This document shows positions 54,567 through 64,000 of a stretch of DNA of 64,000 bases, piece after piece. The notes beneath the pieces were generated by a model. That model saw only the letters and a program-made list of their open reading frames with translations, made no database searches and had not been told where the DNA came from. Position 1 is the stretch's first letter. Every line of letters begins with the position of its first letter. The position numbers were made by a program, and so were the translations under genes. Origin of the DNA: Cirrosporium novae-zelandiae (lineage: Eukaryota); assembly GCA_026023565.1 (NCBI GenBank), contig JAPETS010000006.1:186001-250000 (forward strand), read 5' to 3'.

Positions 54567-55981
54567 TCATTCCCTCATCCTCCACATAACTCTCAAAAAC
54601 CCCTCCCGAAACTCCTTCAGCGCCCTCATCAAATCCGCCCTCTCTATCTCCTCAGGGGAACCTTCAACACCAGATTCCTAACCTCCGGTTCCCATTTCCT
54701 CAAGCTCTAATGCTCTACGTGTGTGCTAGGAACCTTCATGGGGAGGGTGAGTGGGAATCTGGAGTGGGGGTATGGGTGGAGGGTGGAGGTGGAGGGTTTG
54801 AATTGGGATGGGAGTGGGGACGAGGAGGGGATATCTCGGGTCCAGGGAGGGGATGAATGTATAGAAGAAGAAGGAGGGTGTGAAGAATGGGAATGGGAAT
54901 TGGGAATTGGGAGGCTGTTGAGGAGGTTGTTGGTTGTGGGACTTGTGGGGTTGGAGTATTCGTAATCTTATAGATATTTCTTCTTCTTCTTCTTCTTCTT
55001 CTTCTTCTTCTCTTTCGGAACTAAATGCGTCATCGTCCCAAGTCCGAATCGTCACTGGGAACCGAGCATCGCATCCCCCTCAGTCCCAATCTCTCTTTGA
55101 TTTCCTGTAGCGTGTTGTATAACCCCCTGCTTCTTCAAATCATTGTCTAGTAACGGGGAATTACTGATATATCACCCCACCGACATACGCCCGAATTATG
55201 AGCGCCATACCTCTCAACCAGGTAGTCCTACCCCGTTTTCTCACTCATTAACGGAAGCTTTGTACCCTCAATAACCATATCACCGAAATCGATATACTGG
55301 CCTATTTCTTTCTAGTATTTAAATTCGTAATTAATTAGAATTAGCATCCTAGCTCATCCCAACGTGATGCGTGGCTATCTCGTTGGGGAACTAGGAGCGG
55401 AGGTAGAAGCGGGGGTAGACGTGGTCGGATGCGATTTTGAAGCTGATGGGCTTGGTGCTCCAGGTTATATCGTAGGGGAGGAGGTAGGTTTCTCGCGAGT
55501 TAGGGAGACGAGTTTGAGAGGACAAAATTTGGAGGGTTAAGGCTCGTTGGGTGGGTATGGTTTAGGCGATGCAGGTGAGTAATTTGGTGACGGTGGGGGG
55601 AATGTGGTGTTGAGTTTTGGGGGGACGGTTCAGGAGAGGTTGCTAAATTCGTCTGAGGTGGAGGCGGAGATGGAGAGGGTGTACATGTGTGGAGCTTCTT
55701 CGATGGAGAAGTCTCAGCTCTGTCTAGGTAATGTCTTTTTATGAAGCGGGATTTTGGTACTCAGTTGCTTATTCGGCGTACCAAACATCCTCGGTAGCGA
55801 GGATTTCTTCCCTAGTTCCCTCTAATGAGAGTGGGATTGAACGAACGGGTTTTTGGATATACCATTTCAAGAGCTTGTTCAGAGCTGCTGTCATCCATAT
55901 CCCCGTACACGAGTGTACCATGCGGTTGAAGCAATATTCTGCCTCGCCTACGAGCCTTTTGGAGTGGTAGTCTGTTGACAT
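54567..55981 (-). pseudogene. Possible decayed gene remnant of unknown family
   Basis: Good-context ATG at 55981 (MSTDYHSKRLVGEAEY...), then protein-like stretches broken by isolated stops, e.g. PPHEGS*HTRRALELEEMGTGG*ESGVEGSPEEIERADLMRALKEFREGFLRVMWRMRE*. No recognisable homology. Confidence 0.3.
54978..55010. repeat. (TTC)11 microsatellite
   Basis: Eleven perfect trinucleotide copies. Confidence 0.9.
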
Positions 55982-56569
55982 TTTAATGTGCAATAGGTTT
56001 TTTAGAAAGGGTTGTGTGATATGTTTGAGAGAATAAAAGAGCCTACCTAAAGCCTTGATAGGTGTTTTAAGGTGATGAGGTGGTTAGTCGGGAGACTAAG
56101 CTGATATTATTCTTAGAGGGGATACTAGGAGTTGATACAAGAAAAGAGTAAAGAGAAGGGATTCTGGATACTTATATCCTTAGGAAGTCGTCCAAGCGTA
56201 GCCTGGTCTCTGTGTCTGGTTGTATTCAGTGTGTCATATAATGAATTTATTCGCCACTCAGTTAAATTCCGAGCCACAAGGAAGGGACTTGTGGCCACGG
56301 TGAAGTGAATAAAAGTTTGAGGATAAAGTACTATTCATGACAAGTCAGTTTAAACCAATAGGAACAAGCTTTCTTGAATGCCCCCGTATGGGTTAATGCT
56401 ATCATTCATGAATTAGGCTTGCACCGATATCTCTTAAAGGCACTCCGCGTTTGCTGTATTTGTTTTGCAACTTTCCAGACCTAGTAGAAACTCCTCTTGT
56501 ATTTCCGGCCATCTTGAGTTCAGGTGTCGAGTGTCTATAGTCTATTTATCATGATACGACGTGAAATGA

Positions 56570-58143
56570 TTACCCAAAAATGCGGTCTAGCAGAATGTCT
56601 CCGAAAATTTCCTCACCGGGTGATGCCACAAATCGTCTAATACGGTTACCTTTTCTGGTACTGAGCCAACCATCCGGATCCCCTTTGACATGACCATCTT
56701 CCCCACCTTCACTTTTTGTTTTATTTCTCCGGTCAACAACATGCATCCCTCTCGTCCACTGCCCAGATGTTTCAATTCTGATGTCTTCTGGCGAGCCTGG
56801 TGACATCATCCAAGCGGGTGAATTTGATGTCAGAGCATACCACACACAAAGGGGATCGTGGAGATGGATTGAAGCTGCATCTCCTTCTAGACCATCGTAA
56901 AGAGATTGCATCTTCTTAAATGCATAGTTAATGAATACATTGGCCCATTCTGCTAATGGAGAACCTTCGGCAATAAGTGGGGTGACCTTAGCTTTATAAT
57001 GACTAGGAAGTAATGCATGGCGACCGGTAATATCCAATGGAAAGAGCGATAGTTTTAGAGGCCTACTAAGCGTCGCAGGATAAATGGGCCCTGGCTTTGA
57101 AGATGCCCTGGAGGGGGGACGTGGGGGAATGGTTGAGTGTGGATTCGGAGATGTAAGTGCAAACACTTGAGCCGAAGCCACTGCATCCGCGCAAGTGTTG
57201 AATTCAGCGACGGGTGTAACCTGGAATCAAGTCAGTGGGGGCAAGTACCGCAATAAAAGAAATATAGAAACCGACATTGCCCTCAACGTCAATAGCTCCA
57301 CCCATAACAACGACTTCCTTGACTCTAAGAAACGTTTCTGGGTCTTCGGCGGCAGCAAGCGCCAGGTTAGTTAGAGGCCCAACTGCTACGATCGTAATGG
57401 TGTCTGGATCATTCTCTCGAAGAAGCCGAAGGATTTCTTTATGGGCTTGTTCATTGGACGGCACAAAAGAGTTGTTTAGGTATGGAGGTTGTGTCGAAGA
57501 TGCAGCTTCAGCCAGTTCCGTCTTCTCGGACGGAGGCTCAAATAATTTTTTCCAAGTCTCAGAAGGAGTTAAATGTGGATGCTAGAACTGTAAGCATTAT
57601 CCCATGAAAAAAACTTGAAGGGCGATGCCTTACGCTTTCATGAACACCCCCAAGTCCATCAGCCCCATCTATAAGACTGTAAGTTAACCTTTGAAAATCT
57701 TTACAATAGTATAATATCCCTTACGAAAAAAGTCTTCCATTAATAGTTGGTCCCCGAGTGGTTCATGAGCACCAACCGCGACAATAGGCTTCACTGCTCT
57801 TAAGGTTTCAAATCCTTCGGGTTTCCCATGCTGTCGGCGCCATTCAAGTTCTTTTTCAATAACATGAAACATAGAAACAACATTTTGAAGACAACTTGCA
57901 TTAAATATAAGACTAAATATTCAAAAGTGGGGGGAAACATGGGCGAACCTCTTCACTGGAACATTACCGAACGTAAGAGATAACATCAAAACCTCCAGTT
58001 CTTCAGGCTTCGCAGTCAATGCCAACAAAATAGCAAGAACATCATCAATACCCTGTGGTGGTTAGATCTTTGTTTGACAAAACAACTTTTTGACCTGCTC
58101 TTACAGGGTCGGTATCTATGATAACACGATTTAGAGGAGCCAT
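56570..58143 (-). CDS. Inosine/uridine-preferring nucleoside hydrolase, 6 exons
   Basis: MAPLNRVIIDTDP/GIDDVLA, TFGNV, HGADGLGG, VAVGPLTNLALA, VVMGGA, GN/VTPVAEFN and LHDPL. All junctions keep frame. Confidence 0.92.
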
Positions 58144-60110
58144 GATAACAACCTCTACAATGGAGAATGATAATGCCTAGTTGTAAAAACGACGAAGATC
58201 GAGCAACAAGAAATAGCCCCAACAGTTGTGATTTAGCTGATATATATACTAAGCGTTGCCTAGCAAGAGTATTGTTTCCTGGGTTTAGAATCACGCTCTT
58301 TGAATGTTCGAAGAAGTTGTTGGAGTTAAGTGATTCTACACTTAACGGAGAAGACCGGAGCAAGTTGGCAAATTGGTGGATTTTGGACTTCACAGTTGGC
58401 CTATTCATATACCGTAATGCCAAACTCAATTTCAACGATTGGACCTTTTAGAATATGAGATGGATGACTTAATTAGTCAAAATTATTTAATCAAGAGGAG
58501 TTGAGAAAATATATAATACAGTCAAGAAGAAAACAATACATGAAAATTCTTTAATGGCTCGATAAATACATTTTTAAGCATGAGCATTAAGGGAGTTTAA
58601 ATATTAAAATTGAGCAAATCAATTCAGACAAAAAAACCGATAGCTCAGAAGCTCAATGAATAGGATTTCGTACCAAGCTTGAGAAGTCCAGAATAACATG
58701 TGCTAGGATAATGCAGTACACAGTAATAATAAGATTGACACAGGATAACATAAATAGCTGCTAATAACAACGACCGTATTAAGTATATATCACGTGATGC
58801 ACAGAGTAGGCGGATTAGAACTTCGGACGATCGAGTACCGAATGCCCGACCCCCCGTGCCTCCTTCCGTAGAGCCCAGAGCACAAGAGAGGCTAACAAAG
58901 ACCCCTCGAGCCTTAAGGATGGGCTATATTAGAACCTCTGGGCCTATCAAACCCCTAAATAATCAGCTAAATTGCGGAGTAAATACGCAGGGGACCGATT
59001 TCCGATGGCCAAAAGATGGTCAAAAGATCACACGGTGGCATCAAGATCCCTGAAATCAGTTGTTCCCTTTCCAATTGCTTTCAATTTTATCTCTCCTTCA
59101 TGACTATAGATGGATATCTATATGGAGGAGTTAATACTCAACTAACCACAGAAAAAGAAAGACATGTTTCTGTTACACCTGCATCCAGCTGCATTAGAGA
59201 TACAGATTATACATGATTCTTCTTTGGGGTTTGGGGTAGCCTGTCAATAAAATTAATAGCTCCTGAATTAGGAGGTTGTGCTTACCTAGACAGTCGTAGC
59301 TTAAAAGAAATAATAAATTATGGCATATGTGTCCAGATTCCATTCATTAGAAGAATAGACCTTAACAGATAGACCTGAGATTCCTTGGCGGATATCTCTT
59401 TTTTTCTTCTTTCGATTTTCAATTGTGATGGTGGGAGAGATCAAATGCATTGTCCACCATCCACGAATTGGAGGACCAAGCTTCCATCAAGCAACTGACC
59501 TTTGCCTCCGTCTCAATCAATAAACTATTCATTCCCTCCTCTTCACTCCTCCACTCCCCCCCTCCCCCCAATTTATTCCTTTTCAAGTCACATTCGTATC
59601 ACCTACGATACTCAAAACCTCCGTCTATTTTCCTTCCCTCTTCGAATGGTGTAACCAGCCGCACTCTGTCTTAGTTCTCTTCACTGGTCGTGAATCCCCG
59701 ACTTTACAGGACAGCCCCCCCGACTTGAGCAGTCACCTTCCGAAGTCAGAAGTTAGCTGTCTTTTATAAATCCTCAATACAATTTCACTTTAAAAAGAAG
59801 CAACGTTCAACAACTTCCTGCTACCATCAACTACCTCGACCTGCTCTACGAGAGTCCATTGCACTAAATAGATACCCTGAGTCTTCTGAATATCGGCCCC
59901 CCCCTTACATCAGTATTCTCCGCAATAATCTCTCCTTCTTTGCACCCCCTTGTTCCACAGCCATTGAAGCGAAAGCCTAGATGCGCTAAGTGTGTTGCTT
60001 GTCTACATTGAATTGTCTACTACTATCCTCGTGAGTATTAATGTGTCCCAATTTGACGTGCGTTTAACATAAAACTAATGGCTTTTATTTATTAGATATA
60101 CAACAGAACC

Positions 60111-61469
60111 ATGGATGCCGTATATTCCTGGGCTATTGTCCTAGCACTTGGTAGTAGTGCTTATTGGTACTATTCACGAACGTCCAATCCCAAGACAAGA
60201 CTTGGTCGAGTTGTACAGGCACCTGAACCTTCGAGAGGCCGCCAATCTACACGCAGAGGAGACTCTAAAGGGAAAAAGTATCGTGATGAGATTAGTGAAC
60301 ATGAACGTTCAGCAGTTTCAGCAGATGGGCTTGTCTCAGATGGGGGGAAAACTGCTGATAAAAAGAAGAAAAAGAATAAAAGCGGAAAGGCAAAGGGGGA
60401 CAATGCAGTAACATCTGCATTGGAACTGACACCACCTACCATCATTCAAGATAAAGCAGACGAGGATGAAAGTCTTAGTAACAAAGAGTTTGCAAGACGG
60501 ATGTCAGGGGTGAAGGCCGGAACCTTACTCACTCCCTCAACCCAACAGAAGCCCAAAGCCAAATCTATGAAGCAGCGGCATTCCCAGGTCGATACATCAG
60601 CAAGCACCTCCACGACCGGCCGTGATGCAGAAGATGGTCTGTCTGCTACAACATCGCCGTCCCTTGGTGGGAAAGATTCTGGCACGGTCCTTGTTAGTGG
60701 AGATATCTCTGACATGCTTGAGGCGCCAGCTGAGGCTGCGGGAGTTCTCCGGTTGACTGATCCTGTACAACCGCCTCGCCAAAAACAACAGAGGCAGCAG
60801 AAGCCTGCACCCGTCCAGGAAACCAAAAAACAGCGCCAACGGCGGCAAAGGAAAGAAGAGGATAGATTGGCTAGACAAGAAGACGAGGCTCAAAGAAGAA
60901 TACTTTTGGAGAAACAACTTCGCACTGCTAGAGAAGCTGAAGGCCGGCCAGCAAGGAATGGTATGAGCGCTGCAAGCCCAGCATCAAATGCCTGGACTAG
61001 TCAATCAAAGCCTGCCAACAACGACCAGCCATCAACCGTTGCTTCTAGTGCCGATAGCCAGTTGCTCGACACTTTTGACAGTGGCAAGAAGGGTAAGGCA
61101 GTTCCATTATACCACAACTCCTAGAATGAATGTCTAGTTAACGGAATCACTTTAGTGTCAAAGGAGAGTGCGGCTACCAATGGCAAGTGGGCTCATGAAT
61201 TACCGTCGGAAGAAGAACAGATGAGGATTATCAATGAGATGGATGAAAATGCTGGATGGAATACGGTTACGAAACCCAAAAAGGGCAAGAAGAAGGGCAA
61301 GACCAACGCCGATGATGGCAACGAGAGTAGTGATGCTGGAAGTACGAATGGAAACACCAGCAAGGCCGAGAACCGTCAGCTCCCTGTTCAAGCTCCCACA
61401 TACCGCCCAGACCCAATTCCAGCAGAATGGGCCGGTCACCCACTTGACTCTGACTGGGCTGCTGCTTAA
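60111..61469 (+). CDS. Hypothetical fungal protein with N-terminal membrane anchor and basic/coiled-coil region, 2 coding exons
   Basis: ACC ATG G start, hydrophobic MDAVYSWAIVLALGSSAYWYY, GDISDMLE, ETKKQRQ, LEKQLRTAREAEGRP. Intron 61093-61155 joins in frame to LPSEEEQMR...DSDWAAA*. Confidence 0.82.
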
Positions 61470-63857
61470 TTTTTTTTTTCAAAAATGAAGAGCAAACATT
61501 TGCGCTCCCACTTTCTTGTTCCTTGCTTCGATTTTTCATCCTTTTTTGATCGGAAAAAGATCGGTCGGTATTTTATATCATTTAGCCATTCCTAAGTATT
61601 GATTGGTATTATTGATGGATATCAGTCATGGCATGGCATGGCAGAAAGAGACCTATCCTATCCAGCTCAAAGTATTTTCCTGGTCTTCGGAGTAAAAAGC
61701 AGGGACTCTTCTTATCACATTTTAGTTTTTCCCTCTATGGTCCTCCAAATAGAAAGGAAGGAAATGAGGGGAAGGGAAAGGAGATGGCTACTGCTTCTAG
61801 GGAGGAATGAAAGGGAAATGACTCGGGGGCGTTTTTGATGTCTCGTCTGAAACAAACCAATTATCTATTTTTTATTATTATATTCCCCAAATCAGAAATG
61901 CATGGCCAACATTATGTGTGCATGTATGTATGTTTTGTATGTTTGACCGTCCACACGTATGTATGTGCGTTGTATACTGTACATGGGGGGCGTCACTTTC
62001 CCCCTTTCTTCTCCCTATCTCCTTTCTTTTACTCTTTTGCTCTTTTTCTCTTTTCCCCTCCCGTCGTAGACATGGATAATATGGCGCAAAAAAACAAGAA
62101 ACCTTTCCTACATCCCGTCTCTTTTTTGCTTTTCTTTTCTTTTATTTGTTATTTGTAACTTTTTGGTTTTGAAGAAACAAAAAAAGAAAGAAAAGATTGC
62201 TTGGCTTTGGCTTTGGCTTTGATGAAGATGGAGATGCGATGCGATGCGATGCAATGCGGGTTACGGATATAGGAGATTGATTAATGGATGGATAATTGGG
62301 GTTAGGTAGGTAGGTGGATGGGATGGGATGGTGGGTGACTGGGACTGCTTATTTGATAGGTACATGAATGGGATGAGATGGATGACTTGGATGGATGGCT
62401 CGCCCACACACATATTCTAAGCATGTGTAGGTATGTATGGTATTCTATAGGTCCAAGAAAGGGGCGGGAAGAAGCTCAAGAAAACCAAAGAAAGTGAAAA
62501 ACGAAAAAAAAAATTTCCATGATTTCAAGGTTTTTTTTTGGAATCCGGAATTGGTTCGGTTTTTGTTGCTGGTTTTATGAAAGTGGGTGGTGGTTGTAGA
62601 TGTGGATGGATGGATGGGTGAAGGAGTTATATTAATGGAAATTAGAAGGGTCAATCAGTCAGTCATAAATGGTACCTATATAAGTATCCTATATAAGTAT
62701 CAGACAGCACTCATGACAAATTAGCGGTCGTCTATAAAGCGAGAAGAAGGTGAGAAGCAAGAAGATAGATAAGTTTTGGTTAGTTGAAACCGTTGGTTAT
62801 TCGGTTATATGTTCCCGGACTTGCTTTCTTGCTTGCTTGCTTATATATAGATTTTGGATATTGGAAAAAGATTCAGCTTGATGGGTGATTGATGTGTTTC
62901 GAAAGAGTTCTTGAGCTTTTAGATGCGGAGAGGGGGGGCTGCTTAGTGTTTAGGTGAGTTAGTGATGTTTTCAGGCAGGGTTAGACCAGCAAGCATCCAG
63001 GAGGTGCTACTTTGGTGGTATGGTAGGAAACCCATCTCCGACTAGACAGCAGCTTATGATAATCTCTCACCTTGTCACCCAAAAGCGTTAATATAAAATG
63101 ATTATATTGCCCCCGTCTGCTGTTGATTGTTTGAATTCTACGTGCATGCGAGCATGTGTTTCTGTTTGTCCCCTTTCGGGGGTTTGAAATGTTGTTGTTA
63201 ATTTTTCTTTTTGAATATCTTCCGTGAAGGATATCAAGGAGGAGGGAGGTCTTCCACCCTCTTGTATGAAATTTTTCACTAACACTGGACTAGATTGGTT
63301 TCGAAATTTATATTCTTATAGATATACAGTGTTGTCCAGTCAAATTCGTGACTTTGGGGGGGGGATGACTTCTACTAAAGTTGGAAGTTGGCCATGTCAA
63401 GTATTTCATATCTCACATGCCCCTACATGCGTTTGTTAGCGTGTTCTATGACTCTTGTATCACGATTATGTACTGTACTTCTTCAAATCCGCTAATTCTT
63501 GATTTCAGGCTTTGAGTATAGTGGGAAGTACCCATAGTTCTAAAGAAATCGAGCATCGATGCGACTGATATTCAATATCAATAGCGGATGGTGCCAATAT
63601 ACCTTAAAGGTGAAGCTTATAAAGTGAAGAATTAAGGAGACAAGGTAGTAAGAGGGAGTCATGTGGGTATAGGTGTGAGGTGTTCACGTCTCTCCAGGTT
63701 ATAAAAGAAGTACAAGGACCCCGTACTTCGAGATTCTGCATTATCCTTTAAAACTTGCAGTTTCAGTCAGTCCATACCAACAAGATTCTCATTATACTTC
63801 CAGTGCCAACAACCCGATATACGCACTCTCTCACATATCTCATTGCCCAAAATAAAG

Positions 63858-64000
63858 ATGTCGACGTTTAAACGCTGGATGGAGGACGACGATGCCATTT
63901 TCGGGTTGAGACACAGCGACTATGCTGTTCCATTACATACTGTAGAGGAGTATGAATATGAGCGACGTGCACTACAAATGGTCCTGGAGCAACCTATATC
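63858..64000 (+). CDS. Possible 5' end of a gene running off the window
   Basis: AAG ATG start, frame open to the edge (MSTFKRWMEDDDAIFGLRHSDYAVPLH...), TATAAAAG at about 63700. Confidence 0.4.
   Translation, partial: MSTFKRWMEDDDAIFGLRHSDYAVPLHTVEEYEYERRALQMVLEQPI

Noticed and set aside
61600..63500. Short simple repeats (TTGGCT, GATGC, GGAT, duplicated CCTATATAAGTAT) and small ORFs
   Set aside because: Ordinary intergenic microsatellites; no spacer-repeat array, TIR/LTR pair or transposase remnant.

Overview
Eukaryotic, intron-containing DNA from a filamentous ascomycete (Pezizomycotina; GT-AG introns with CTRAY-type branch points). I can support about 17 intact protein genes. Recognisable ones are VPS9, an Asn-synthetase-domain protein, the Gcn4-type regulator cpcA, a PH-domain protein, a VSB1-like SulP/STAS/cNMP transporter, PSF1, an HMG-box factor, a PHD-finger protein, RCD1/CAF40, a GH13 alpha-glucosidase, hmgA and an IU-nucleoside hydrolase. 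There are also two Cys-rich surface proteins and three hypothetical proteins. In addition there is one probable MFS pseudogene, one possible decayed gene and a partial ORF at the right edge. The richest signal is the cpcA leader. It holds a 4-codon uORF1 that is in frame with CpcA, a 55-codon uORF2, and a 217-codon AUG-free, stop-free in-frame extension with strong-context CUG/ACG codons and a dual-coded segment. It is followed by a stop-free 66-nt intron, and a Gcn4 site lies upstream. The general architecture is known for fungal cpc-1/cpcA, so it is not a new system, though some details deserve testing. Other unexplained signals are a strand-asymmetric hairpin downstream of cpcA, an over-represented intergenic palindrome (TACCTAGGTA), a recurring GCCACAAG..CTTGTGGC inverted repeat, and paired HMG-box sites upstream of the HMG gene. 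I saw no tRNA, rRNA, CRISPR array or intact transposon. Exon boundaries were derived by hand, and family calls come from motif recognition, not from database searches.
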